The notes under the pieces: generated by a model
Told to the model about the DNA's origin: nothing
Seen by the model: only the letters and a program-made list of their open reading frames with translations
Databases searched by the model: none
Part shown: positions 50,879-63,408 of the stretch, in pieces
How positions within the stretch are numbered: the stretch's first letter is position 1
How the letters are laid out: each line of letters begins with the position of its first letter
Program-made: the position numbers and the translations under genes
Assembly: GCA_951406725.2 (NCBI GenBank)
Contig: OX597816.1
Span: 159,154,001-159,218,000 of the forward strand
Direction: 5' to 3'
DNA from: Octopus vulgaris
Taxonomy: Eukaryota
Length of the DNA stretch: 64,000 nucleotides

Positions 50879-51092
50879 AAGGCGGCGAGCTGGCAGAAAC
50901 GTTAGCACTCCGGGCAAACTGCTTAGCGACATTTCCCCGTCTTTACATTCTGCGTTCAAATTCTGCTGAGGTCGACTTCGCCTTTCATACTGTCGGGGTC
51001 AATAAATTAAGTACCAATGGAACATTGGAGTTGATGTATTCGACTAGTCCTTTCCCAAAAAAATTTCAGGCTTTGTGCCTATAGTAGAAAAG
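50879..51092 (+). mobile_element. SINE family A (CCTATAGTAGAAA tail variant)
   Basis: GGCGGCGAGCTGGCAGAAACGTTAGCAC head; family A core; alternative tail. Confidence 0.88.
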
Positions 51093-51249
51093 ATGATTAT
51101 TGTTTTATTATAATTATTTCTCTTTATCACAGGTTTTGTTGGAGCTCCTGGAGTCTTGCATGAATAGAAGGGCTTGCTACCTGCAGCCTGCTGTACCATG
51201 CTATCCGTTCTTTTCAGCTATCTAATACTTTCCTATTATTACTATTATT

Positions 51250-51447
51250 TTTATGGGTTTTTCCACGAGTATCCTTTCAAAGCGCCTCCCCCTATTTGGA
51301 ATTTCAATTGTTATATTTTTGTTGTTATCTCTGGAATTTTTACACGGTTTTTTTGCAAACGGACAAAACCCTTTGTAACTTTCGTCCTGTGTTTTGTCCC
51401 TTTATGTTTTAATTAATTTTTGCCAGCCCTTGTGGCCAATAAACGAA
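51250..51447 (+). mobile_element. L1/Tx1-like LINE 3' UTR fragment
   Basis: TTTCCACGAGTA..AAGCGCCTCCCCCTATTTGG matches the reverse complement of 10150-10168 and 10397-10410; ends CCCTTGTGGCCAATAAA. Confidence 0.65.
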
Positions 51448-51936
51448 TTAATTATTATTGTTGTTGTTGGGTGGGGAGTTAGCAAAATTGTTAGCACGCC
51501 GGACAAAATGCTTAGCGGCATTTCGTCTGTCTACATTCTGAGTTCAATATCCGCCGAGGTCGACTTTGTCTTTCATCCTTGCGGGGTCGATTAAATAATT
51601 ACCAGTTGGGTAGCATTTGTGCCAAAATTTAAACCCATTAAGAAGTATTTGAACAACAACAACGTTCAACTCCACCTAAGAAAACTAAAAAGCGAAATAC
51701 AGACCCTGCTGGAGTTTGAACTTAGGATGCAAAAATGATACAACTAAACGCAGCACTGCCTATTGTTCGACAGTCTTGTGTTACTGACGACTACCAACAT
51801 TTACCACAACAGCTAAAATAGTAGAAAAAAAAGTGAAACATTTATTACAGATGTTCAGACGTCTTGTAATTTTAGTCTTATTTTAGATGACTTATTCCTA
51901 GAGTGATTACTAATTGATTAGACTTAAATAGAAACA

Positions 51937-51937
<1 letters not shown>

Positions 51938-52022
<85 letters not shown>

Positions 52023-52056
52023 ATGTATGTATGTATGTATGTATGTATGTATGTAT
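51938..52056. repeat. (TG)n(TATG)n microsatellite
   Basis: Directly visible. Confidence 0.97.
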
Positions 52057-52267
52057 CTGATGAAAACAAAGGAAGCGACTGACAAATAATAGTACTTTCT
52101 TTTTATGGCATGTCAACGCATTAAACAAGAATAGCTGTGCAGGTAAGGAAGCGATTAACTCAGAATAACAGGACACGTGACTATGTCGAATGGGTGAAAC
52201 CTTTTTAAAGAGTCGCTTGTAAATAAACTTCAACAGACTAACAACAAACAAGCTGACAGATACAAGC

Positions 52268-52328
52268 ATGGAGGTTTCGTGTATGAATTTGATTTTTGCT
52301 GCTATTGTCACATTATGCCTTCCACAAG
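52268..52328 (+). CDS. Candidate first coding exon (signal peptide) of an unidentified secreted/membrane protein
   Basis: AAGCATGG Kozak context; MEVSCMNLIFAAIVTLCLPQ+G then strong donor AAG|GTAAGC (phase 1); upstream CACGTG (52174) and TTTAAA (~52204). No downstream exon identified. Confidence 0.4.
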
Positions 52329-53879
52329 GTAAGCTTTAGAAATACAAGTTATTAGTTTCACTTCGCAGTTAACTATATTATTTAACCGGTACATATAGGG
52401 TCCGTGAGTGCTTTATTGTTTTATATAATTAGTGATTTGTTTGGGAGCCCATAGTTTTTGTTCTTTTGTTGTGCATTAATTACTTTAGCTTTTTTTTTTT
52501 TTTAACTTTTAATCGGGGTAAAGGCAGTGTCTATGACCCCTTATAGGGCCCACGAGACTAATATGCGATGGGAAAAGGTGTTCCTGAACCGGAGACCTTA
52601 GTCGGAATGTTAGCAATAGAATGAAATTCCCTGAAAGGACCCTAGAACCAGATAGGCCGTTAAACCAGGTGATTGATTAAGGCTACCAATCGAATAAAGC
52701 TGTGATAAGATTTGAACTCAGAACGCAAAGAACTAGGGCAGTTACCGCAAGATATCCGACCCGACGCTTTTATAGCTCTACCAATCCACCGTCCTCAATT
52801 GGTACTTTTCTTTTTGTTGCTTTTTTTTTATCGATCCCGAAAATGAAGAAGTTCATCCCGGCAGTATTAGGATCCAGAGCTCAGTGAATCGGAACAAATA
52901 ACGCAATACACTCGCTCTTTCCGACGCTCTAACAATTCTACCAATCCGTCGCATAAAAGATATCATTAAAAAGGAATAATTTAATTTACAAAATATTTGT
53001 AATTTCAAGTCCTAAGAGGTTGTTCCCCTTTGGGGCTGGGTATAAGCATTGTCTTCATTTTAAAGTCCTAACTAATAAATTGTTTTTAAAAATGATATTC
53101 AAGCTTCCGAACTTTTTAGTGAAGTTTTCTGCAAAGTTTATTTTAAATTGAAATCTGCATTTTAGTACTTGGAGTATTTTGTTTTTGTAAGATAACTGTC
53201 TTCCGATATTATATACCTTACAATTTACGTTAAGTTTATGTGTTTCGCAACGATATGACTAAAGTGAATTGTTTCCGACTGGAAATCGAACTCTTATTCT
53301 AAGGTCACTTACAACACTCTAGATTGGAAATATTGCGTGTATAATGATATTTAAGATTCTCCGAGATAAACTGATATCCTTATTGGTATCAAAATGAAAA
53401 GATCCTAGTTATTTTCCAGAGAACCAATGCAGCGTGAGTTATTAATGAATAAACGGGCACTTATTTATATGTGTTTAATCTCGTAATATTTGATTCCATA
53501 ACGGATTTTTAGGCAGCTTGGAATGTGAATCGAACCAACCAGTTTTATTGTCATTCACTTCTCCCTCCCAAACTACTGGCGATGGTAGCCGAAAGCAACT
53601 TACACAACTCATTTATAGAAAGGTTGACGACTCAGAAATAATTACTAGTTGTTATATAACTCTGGGGTCAACCCTGAATCAACAGACCTTATGATCAATG
53701 GTATTTTAGCCATAATCGACCCGTACCTTTTTTTGTTTTTTGTGGAGGGTATACAGAACTACATTATCTAATGCAGTTGTTCTCAACCGGGTTCCGTTTG
53801 GCTCTTGTGGAGTGAGGGTCCAAATAAGATTTTTGTTGTTAAAATTTATCCGTAATTTTTTTTTTTTTTTTTTTTCTAT

Positions 53880-54172
53880 CGAGGCATCATCCAGTCGGGC
53901 TGATTGCTCAGGCCAGCCTAACTATCTCTCTCCACCCCTCCCGATCTTCCATTAGTGTTTCTAGGTCTTCAACTTAGCATCCAACATCTTCTGCAAGCTG
54001 TTGTATATATGTCTTCCGTGGTCTTCCAGCCGCTATGGTACCATGATTTGGTGTCCACAGCAACACATTACTCACAAGTTCCTTACTTCTCCAGCAGTGA
54101 CCAGCAAACCTCAATCTCTGCTCTTGGATGGTTACTGCCGATAATCTCCAAGAGCGGAGATTATCTGCAATA
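53880..54172 (-). mobile_element. RTE-type LINE 3' fragment inside a hAT-like MITE (~53774-54352)
   Basis: RLRFAGHCWRSKE..LLWTP..GRPRKTYIQQL; host ends CAGTTGTTCTCAACC / GGTTGAGAAGAACCG. Confidence 0.7.
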
Positions 54173-55325
54173 AACATGTTATATTTCTACAAGTCACAAA
54201 ATGTTTCAACCCTTTTTTTAATACAATACTTTAATGCTTAATTATAAAAATGTGATTTTTTTTTAAACATGGAATGGCTAGGAGGGTCCATCGGAGTAAA
54301 ATAAGAACCAAAGGGATCCATGGGTTAAGAAAAAATGGTTGAGAAGAACCGATTTAATGTGTATTCTTTCCTTTTTGAGACTGCCGTATTTCTAAGGGAG
54401 ATTTGTTTGCTATTTCTAGCATATCAAAATAATACATCGTGTATTCTGAATAAATACACAGTCCTATCACATTGGGGAATATTATACTTACTTCACTCTT
54501 AAGTCAATAGAAAACTGAAGATTCTAACTCGTTTATCTGTGGATTCCAGCTAACCTTATGGTACACACCATTTGTCATTCAAACATTATTGAGTAAGTTA
54601 ATAAACGCTAGTTGCAGGCACAACCGAAAGTGAATGAACCTATATATACAAAACCTAGATAGGTATATCTTATTTGGTTGTCAGTTATATGATATAGTAA
54701 AATTTTAGTTTATAATTTTTTTTTTCTCGAAACTAATTTGCATATATGTTTTGACGATCGACTTTATGGGAAACACAAAAGTTCGATCGGTGTTAAGCTC
54801 ATTTCGGAATTCCTTGTTCCAGACTGTGTTGCCCAAATGATTCAAAGCCTTGCTTTATGTAAACGCCCTTCTCTCTCTCTTCCGCTCCTTTTTTTTTCTT
54901 CTTTTCTTATTTCCTGCATGAACACAATGTGGGTGACAAGACTAGGAGTGGTGAATGAGCTGAAAGTATCTTAGTAATGGTGTTACGAAAACAGCCAGCT
55001 CTCGGCATAGCAAGAGTGTACTGCCCGGAGCAACCCTTGAGTTTGCCGACACCAGGCTTATATAGCTGACCCCAAAATATTGCCTGAGGCGAACTCTCCC
55101 TCTCGCTCTGCCTAGCTACTCTACTATTGAGAGCAGAGGCTAGTGTGGTTAAAGTAGAAGAGATACAGGAAGGTGACAGCACGTATGAGCCTGGAGCATA
55201 AGGGCGAGTGACTTCATGCTAATCAGTTAAGGGATTTTCTTTCAGAGCAATTTTGTGTATGTGTATGCGCACACGTGTGCGTGGTAATAGCACCGCCCAA
55301 GATGTAGGAAGTACTGGTCTATTTC

Positions 55326-55701
55326 TATTTTATTACCCACAATGGGGCTAAACAGAGGGGACAAACAAGGACAGACAAAGGTATTAAGTCGATTACATCG
55401 ACCCCAGTGCGTAACTAGTACTTATTTAATCGACCCCGAAAGGATGAAAGGCAAAGTCGACCTCAGAACGTAGCGGCAGACGAAATATCTATTTCTTTAC
55501 TACCCACAAGGGGCTAAACATAGAGAGGACAAACAAGGACAGACACACAGATTAAGTCGATTATATCGACCCCAATGCGTAACTGGTACTTATTTCATCG
55601 ACCCCAAAAGGATGAAAGGTAAAGTCGACCTCGGCTGAATTTGAACCCAGAACCACAAAGCATTACGCCCGGCGTGCTAACGTTTCTGCCAGCTCGCCGC
55701 C
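55326..55701 (-). mobile_element. Dimeric SINE family A with 23-bp TSD
   Basis: TSD TGTAGGAAGTA(C/G)TGGTCTATTTC (55303-55325 / 55704-55726). Confidence 0.92.
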
Positions 55702-55896
55702 ATTGTAGGAAGTAGTGGTCTATTTCGGGTCTCTGAGCTCTGTAGAGAGTCTGCAATTATTGATGTTGTGTAAGTCCAGGTCGAATCTAACCAGGCAGGT
55801 TCTATAGTACGCAAGTAATCGGCCAACCGACGAGCGCGACTCCATAGGCTTGTAATGGTGAATCGAAACCGAATGCTTGGATATGCTATCAGATAT

Positions 55897-56076
55897 CACG
55901 TGCAAACTGCCATAGTTTCACGTGATTGGTTTCCTAACCGACCAATCAGCGTGAAGCGATGGCGTAGATAGGGTTTTCTCGAACATTTTAGAATTTTGCT
56001 TCCGGTCCCCTATAAAAACCGTTTGAAATAGTTTTACCAGCCAGACAACTCAGGAAGGTGGCTATGACAGATGGCG
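55897..56076 (+). promoter_or_regulatory. Promoter-like motif cluster (2 E-boxes, 2 opposed CCAAT boxes, ETS, TATA, YY1-like)
   Basis: CACGTG 55897 and 55919, ATTGG 55925, CCAAT 55942, CTTCCGG 55999, TATAAAA 56011, AGATGGCG 56069 in non-repetitive, CpG-richer sequence. Confidence 0.45.
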
Positions 56077-57446
56077 CATATAGATGACAAGAACTTTCGT
56101 TGCTACGAATATAGCACAAGTGTTTCCAGTTATACTGGGCAAGCCGCATATTGCCATACCAACAGCTTGCCGTAAACGCCAAGTATTATATTTCTCCTAT
56201 TATGTAATTATTGCTGTAGTTATCTGCAAAAGGCCAACACAGATTGTCTTTATGTGCGATAATAAAATCTGTTAAAGATTCGTAGTGTTGTTCAGTTAAT
56301 TCTTCACGCAATCCAAAATCTTATTTTCATTCGTTAACTCGACCATCTACCACAACAGCCAACAACAACACACACGACAGGCTTATATTCCCAGTTATAC
56401 CATATATTCTTTACAAGTTAACAACCATACTACAAACTGTAACATTCAGTGCTGAATCGTATGGTGCACTCTGGCAATCTGGACATATTGCACTCTTTCT
56501 ACTGCCGAATTTCTTTTTGTGTAACTCGCTAATTCAGGTAGTGACAACAGCAGAAGTAAGGAAGGTGGTCTCGGTCTCCATGCATCAGTTGCTTTTACTC
56601 TACCTTTATTGTTCGTAATGTGCAAACCAGCAATGAGATGCACATCACAAACAATAGCTTTAAGAGCTCTAGAGTGTTGAATATGTGTTTGAAGTGGGGT
56701 TTTCATGCGGTGCTAGGGACTGTGGGGTCTGATGCTTTGTGCAGCAACTAACTGCGCCCCTCGCATATCTAGGTTATCTTTCATGTACACCTAGACATGT
56801 ACAGCCTGTTGTAATATGTTGTGCGCTGTTTTGCGTTCTTTGTAGCTTGTTCTGGTTTGTTACAATGCGAGATTGGGAGCCCAGATCGGACTAGCGAAGT
56901 CTATGCTAGATCAAATGTGTCTTTAGTTGACCAATTTTGGTTCCCGTCATTGTGCGTTGCTTAGCTTTATTTAAAGTTTTCTGTATATGTTGTGAATGTT
57001 GGGAAAGAGTTGCATAAAACTTCTAATATTTTTGCCGTGTGAAAGTGTGATATACTTATAGTATTGAGTGTAACAGTTAACGGTATTTGATATTCTCTGG
57101 CGTTACTTTTCAGAAGGGAAACGATAGATTTGGTAGGTGTTATTTTAAGTCGGTTGTTTTGGGGTCACGTTTCTAAGTAATTTTTGTAACTTTGGAGCAG
57201 TTGTGCATTAATGCTTGGGGAATGGTGGGAAATTGCAAGAGTTATGTTGTCTGCGTATGAGGCTGTAATGTTTCGTAGAAATTTGTTAAGGTTGTGTAAG
57301 TCTAAAAAGTAGGTGAGAGAACAGATCCCTGCCGTACGTCATTTGGGAAATGCCATGTTTTGTATGCGTTGTTCTTGCACACCACATAAACTTGGCAGTC
57401 TGACACAATTTGCTGGCCAGCATTTTGTATTGAATATTTTTGTAGA

Positions 57447-57595
57447 CGTGATTGTGTGGTGAAAAGTTTGCTTCCCAACCACATGGTTCCGGGTTCAGTC
57501 CCACTACGTTGCACAGCCTCGGGCCGACCAAAGCCTTCTTAGTGGATTTAATAGGCGGAAATTGAAAGAAGCCTGTCGTACTATGCGCGCATGTT

Positions 57596-57645
<50 letters not shown>

Positions 57646-57845
57646 TGTTTCCCCCACCTCCGCTTGACAACCGATGCTGGTGTGTTTACGTCCCCGTAAT
57701 TTAGCGGTTCGGCAGAGGGATCAATAGAATAAGCACCAGGCTTGAGAAATAAGTACTGATTTCGATTCGTTCGACTAAAATCCTTCAAGACGGTGCCCCA
57801 GCATGGCCGCAGTACAATGATTTAATCAAATAAAGGATAAAAGAC
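57447..57845 (+). mobile_element. SINE family B
   Basis: GTGTGGT..CCCAACCACATGGTTCCGGGTTCAGTCCCAC head, central (TG)n, tail CCAGCATGGCCGCAG. Confidence 0.88.
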
Positions 57846-57993
57846 GAATGACAAATGGCAAATGAAATCAAAACCTCTGCTGCTGTCGATGGTGGTTAGA
57901 ATGGTATGTCTGGGATGGGGTTTTTTTTATGTGGAAAAAGTATGTATTTTTATGGTCTGAATCTGTATTAGGATTTGGTGAAGGGGATGCGTG

Positions 57994-58159
57994 CAGGGCC
58001 GGCATTATGGTTACTGACACCCCGGGAAAGCTAAACTTCGGCGTGTACAAGCTGACGGTCGTGGAAATTTCCTTGTCTTTGTCTCGCCGTCCTTGGCGTC
58101 CCCTAGCACATGGCGCCCCAGGCGATTGCTCGAGTTGCCGGTATCTTGAGCCAGCCCTG
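57994..58159. mobile_element. hAT-type MITE
   Basis: TIRs CAGGGCCGGC / GCCAGCCCTG; degenerate 8-bp TSD GATGCGTG / GTTGTGTG. Confidence 0.75.
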
Positions 58160-60464
58160 GTTGTGTGTGGATTTGTGATGTAAAGGATTAGCTTAGCCTT
58201 TACGGAATTTTCTAGAGTGTACGCAGGAAGCTAGTGTGTCTTACATGATGTTAGCTCATTTTGGATTTTATTGAACTTTAAAATTGCTTCAATTTTCTCC
58301 AGTTCCTGTTGCTATGAGTAGTTGTAGATGTTGATAAGTGCCGTGTTTTCTTCATAGGACCATCCTTGTGATGCAGTCTTTGTTTTATTGAGTATGTGTG
58401 TCCACTAGGAAAGAGCTTCCATGAATTTGACGCTTAACATTTGTAGCTACCTTCATGGTCTTAGTGGTGTACTGTCTAAATTTAACGGGATGGCTGAATG
58501 TGATTATTATTTTTTTAAAATCTACTTTTCGTTTCTCTATATTAATTGTCCATTTCATAGATCAGTGCATTCCATTAATATTTATCTTTACTCTCCAAGC
58601 ACTGAAAAATATATATTTCTATCAGTACCGCTTTGGGAATTATAAGCATTCGACAAGGAAATTATATTTTCTATAAATTGATTTCTTCTATAGGAATAAT
58701 GTTTCAGATTGTTAAGAAAATCTGAAATTTTGGATGCTCCAAAATATATTTTTATTTTATCTTATTTTTATTCTGTCATTAACTTTCTCGTGACTCAACT
58801 CTATGAAACGAGATTCTTTCAATTGGGTCGAAACCAATTCTATCCAAAAGGTGGTACTATTCTCAATGGTGCTCGTCTACTTTCCAGTTTCAGACAAAAT
58901 ATTTTACCATGAAAGCTAATTATAATCTTGTACCAAGAATATTGCCTAACGGATCTTAAATGGCAACGGAGAATTCATTTATAACAAATGAAGTTTCTTT
59001 TTATTCACAGAAATTAGTTGAACAGTTCATGCGTAATTGTATGCACATATTTCAAAGTTAAACATAGTGTATTTAGACAGTAACTTAGGTATTCGTCCTA
59101 CATTGCTTGCAAAGTATTGTTGTTCAATTCGCTTTTCTTTCATAGCATTTTAGCAATGCTTTTCTTTCCCTTCTTAATGTACAGAGCGGGTGGTGGATGG
59201 TGGAATCAGCGCGTCAGGAATGTTGCAGTATTAAAATCTCTTATTATGTTTGTGTTCAAATCCCATCATGATTAGGTTTGTCTCATTCAACCAGAGTCGA
59301 TAAGATAAATACCATTTAAACCCCGAAGTCGATTTAATTGACTATGTCCTCCTCCAAATTTAAGGCCTCTAGAAATCAATACCGTACAAAAAAGAGAAGG
59401 GAAATGTAGTTAAAGCATAATCAGCTGTGACCCAGAAGCTCCATCATTTTTTCATAAGCAACCGTGTGAAGAGAATCGGTTGCTGACATCGTCACCAAAC
59501 TTAAACATCCTATCGATATCGTAGAGTCATTAATACATTACTTTATCGACCCTAAAGACACCAAAACCGAAATTTTCATTGCAGGATTTCTTTTTTCTTT
59601 TTGTTTGTTTATTTATTTCCCCTTTTCATTATATTCATGTTCTCAAAGGCAAGCTAGCAGAGTTGTTAGCACACCGCGAAAAACGAGAAACAGCATTCCA
59701 TCTGTCTCTACGTTCTGCATTCAAATTCCTTCGAAGTCGGCTTTGCATTTCATCCTTTCGGAATCGATGAAATAAATACCTGTTTAGCATTGGGCCAATG
59801 TAATCGACCAACCTCGTCCTCATAAATTCCAGGACTTGTTCCTATGGTAGAAAGGATTATCTTTTTATGTTGCCTTGTAGAAGCGTTAACGTGTCGGACA
59901 GAATATTTAGTGACATTTCTTCTGATTCTTTACGTTTTGGGTTTCAGTTCTACCCACCGAAATCGACTTTGCCTTTCATCCTTTCGGAGTCGTGAGTACC
60001 AGTTGAACATTGGGGTCGATATAATCGACCTATTCTCCACCTTAAAGTTGCTGGACTTGTGCCAAAATTTGAAACTTATTTTCATGTTCCCTCCATCAAA
60101 TATGGTGACACATCTAAACATTTATAACATGAACGAGATTTTTAACTCGCAACCCCAAGACATATCTCGTACTCAGCGTACCAAAGTACGGTTCATTTAA
60201 TAATTTCTCTATCAGCCAAATATCATTCTTGAAGGCACTATGCTAACTACCAACAAACGAGCCTTTGTTGACCTGCTAGAAATAACTAACTAAATCTCCC
60301 TTAAAACACGTCCTACCTTCACTGTTCCGTCTAAACCGTGCGCTTGTGTACATGTACACGTTTTACAATTAAAGGAAAAAAATGTGCATACATAAAGTTT
60401 TTAAGATGAAATCAGATTTTTGGATAAGAAGAAATCTGAGCGCTGGTAACCCGTATGAATGTGT

Positions 60465-60797
60465 ATATGGAGGAGAAGACCTCTTCGGTCATGAATGACC
60501 ATTGGATTGCACCTAGAAAGTTACTCTCCCGGGCACAAGTCCGGGCAAGGTTGTTTGTGGAAGGCCAGCAGTCGCCCATGCATACCAGCCACACCACTGA
60601 TGTTATCCAAGGAAAAGGCAAGGGCCGATACAGCTTGGCACCAGTGATGTCGCAACTCATTTCTACAGCTGAGTTAACTGGAGCAACGTGAAATAAAGTG
60701 TCTTGCTCAAGAACACAACACGCACTCCGGTCCGGGAATCGAACTCACATCTCACGATCGTAAGCTCGTCGCTCCAACCACTAAGCCATGCGCCTTC
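60465..60797 (-). mobile_element. tRNA-derived SINE (family C-like head, different body)
   Basis: Minus strand GAAGGCGCATGGCTTAGTGG..GAGTTCGATTCCCGGACCGG..CTTGAGCAAGACAC. Confidence 0.82.
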
Positions 60798-61947
60798 AGA
60801 ATGTGTATATACTTAGTGGAAAACTTTGCTCACAATAGAAATTTCTGCTCAAAATGCAACAAAAATTAGTTTGAACCTTACATAACGCCTTAAATAAGGA
60901 AAATGACACATTGATTGTATAGTCGTTGAATAATCCTAAAAAATACACGATATCGTGATTGGATTACCGTTGATCATAGGTCTGCTCAGTCTTGGCTGAC
61001 CAAGGCTAAAAAATTATGAATCATAATCCCGCTGTTGGAATTATAAAAACGCAGACAAGAATGCATTGTTGCCCTGAAGCTAATCGGAGAATTTTAAAAA
61101 GAAGACTTTGCTAAATAGCGGATGTTACTAAAACAGAAAAGTCCCGCAAGTTATAAGAATATAACCGCCAAATAATTTTACTTATATTATCTTGTTCTGA
61201 AACTGTATCACTAAGATTAAAATCATTGATATTAATCAAAAATGCGCATTTGTATATGGGTTTTTTTCTTCCTTTTATTGTATAGCCTCTATAACCTTAG
61301 GCCAGCTTTGATCAACAAAGACATTTTCATCACGTTTTTGTTACGCTTTTTTTTGTTTACGTATAATGTATCCGAGACTATCTTTTATGCGGTAGGTGTG
61401 ATTTGAGGTAGATTTTCAGTAAACACGGCTTTAGGGTATTTTATAAGGTTGTATTTAAATATGACAAATTTATGAGAAATCTTACTGTCATGAGACTGGA
61501 TGTCTCCGCCTTCTTGTTTCATTATTATTATTATAAGGCATGAATAATTCATGCTACATGATTTTCTTGATACTTACTTAAAATACTTCGTTTTCCTATG
61601 CTTGTTTGTTTAAATTTATATAAACATCTGATATGTGTTAAGTAAATTAGTTTTTGATCAGGGTTGACCTTGGGCTAAACACTTCGATAGTCACAAAACT
61701 CTTCAAACAAGACATTGAATGGAAGTATTTTGCGGAAGACAAGATTTACCCCATTCGGTTTTAATGAACGGCATTTTAAACAAAAATACAGAGTAATATT
61801 TATTTTTCTACGTCATATAGACGTGGTCGTGTCGTAAGCTTTGCTTTTCAACCGTATGGTTCCGGGTTGGGTCGGCACGGTCCCAGGAATTTTTCGAAGG
61901 GAGGGCACAGGGTCAGAAGGGAATACAATTCCAGGAGAAAATGGGGC

Positions 61948-62524
61948 AAGACTTCCGCCCGTCCCCACACCCAAACCACCCTTTTTTTAAATGTTTCTTT
62001 TTTTCGACACAAATCCCACCTTTTCGGCTACGCGGAATACGAATCTGCAAAAGAATTGACAAATATCGGCATTTTTATATTAACCCATCCCCCCACCCCA
62101 TTTCCATCATCTTTTTACATTTTTCAGAATTTTTTTTTTTTTTTTAAATATGCGGAAAAATACGAAGATTATGATTCTGAAAAATATTTCCAAATATTTT
62201 TGTAAAATTTTTTTTTTAAGAATTATTTTTTTCTAAATATGCGGAAAAATACGGACATTATAATTCGGACAAAAATTTCAAAACATTTCTGTAGTTACGG
62301 TTAGGGTTTTAGGGTTAGGGTTATGGTTTTAGAATTAGGGTTAGTGTGGGGAGAAAAAGTCAAAATTGAAGAATTTGGGAGAGAAAGGGGTGGGGGGATT
62401 TAATGATGCCGATTTTTGTCAATTTTCTGGAACCTTCGTATTCGAAAACAGGGGGTTTGGGCAAGAAAAAATTTTAAAACAAACAAATTTGGGAGAAAAT
62501 GGGGCAGGGACAGGCGGAAGTCTT
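61948..62524. mobile_element. MITE with long imperfect TIRs and internal (TTAGGG)-like repeats
   Basis: AAGACTTCCGCCCGTCCC / GGGACAGGCGGAAGTCTT termini; inner inverted match AATTGACAAATATCGGCAT / ATGCCGATTTTTGTCAATT; TTAGGG units at 62300-62345. Confidence 0.7.
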
Positions 62525-62649
62525 TCTGAAAATGGTGTAAGTGAATGACTCAAGGGCCACAAGTTTTCTGCATTAGCACTTAACAAACTGGTTTCAAGTA
62601 AAGGGGATTACACTTACATTGACCAGTTAAATTCTCTGGATTGTTCTAG

Positions 62650-62895
62650 ACTCATCATTTTCATTTAACGCCCATTTCCATGCTGGCTTGGGTCGGACAT
62701 GTGATCAGAGCAAACAAGACCAGGAGCTGCACCAAGTTCCATAGTCTGTTTTGACATGGTTTCTACAGCTGGATGCCCTTCCTCATGCCAACCACTTTAC
62801 AGAGTGCACTAGGTGCTTTTTATTTGGTACCAGTACCAGAGTTTTTTTTATATGGAACTGGCACCAGTGCTTTTTATGATGCACCAGCACCAGTA
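62650..62895 (-). mobile_element. RTE-type 3' tail fragment
   Basis: CATTTAACG..CTACAGCTGGATGCCCTTCC..CCAACCACT on +; similar pieces at 34210-34375, 38270-38420 and 63508-63815. Confidence 0.75.
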
Positions 62896-63194
62896 CTTTT
62901 AATGTGATATCATCAAAAACTATTACAAGATCATGTGAATAATGTGTATCGTTTTCAATTCAATAATGAATATATAAGTAAGGAAACTTATGACTAATAG
63001 TATTGATTTATAACATTAGTAGATGGTTTACACGTTTTGGGATTGGCTTGTAATTGATTAAGTTACTCCCAGTATTTGGTTGGTATTTATCATTACATTG
63101 AATCACAGATGGATGACAAGCAAAATTACTTAACTACTTGTTTCTAAAATAGGTACAGGGTTTTTATGGAGGAAGGATAGCATTCACTTATATT

Positions 63195-63408
63195 AATTTC
63201 AAATTTTGGCACACAAGACCAGTAATTTCAAGGAAAGGATAACTCAATTACATTGACCCCAGTGCTCAACTGGTATTTTATTTTATCGACCCCAGAAGGA
63301 TGAAAGGCAAAGTCAACTGCAGCAGAATTTGAACTCAGAACATAAAGACAAAGTGCTGTTAAGCAATTTTACCTGGCATGTTAACAATTCTGCCAGCTTG
63401 TTGCCTAA
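63195..63408 (-). mobile_element. SINE family A copy
   Basis: ATCGACCCCAGAAGGATGAAAGGCAAAGTCAAC core; TTCTGCCAGCTTG head on reverse strand. Confidence 0.85.

Larger units (their letters stand above)
56760..58460 (-). mobile_element. Highly degraded LINE RT remnant (Jockey/I-like), interrupted by a SINE and a MITE
   Basis: Minus-strand pieces ..QGSVLSPTF, ..SYADNITL.., LQRTQNSA; many stops and frameshifts. Confidence 0.55.

Noticed and set aside
53420-53433. 14-nt micro-exon candidate downstream of the signal-peptide exon
   Set aside because: AG/GT pair is plausible but too short to distinguish from chance.
62300-62345. True telomere or fusion site
   Set aside because: Only a few degenerate units, internal to a TIR element.
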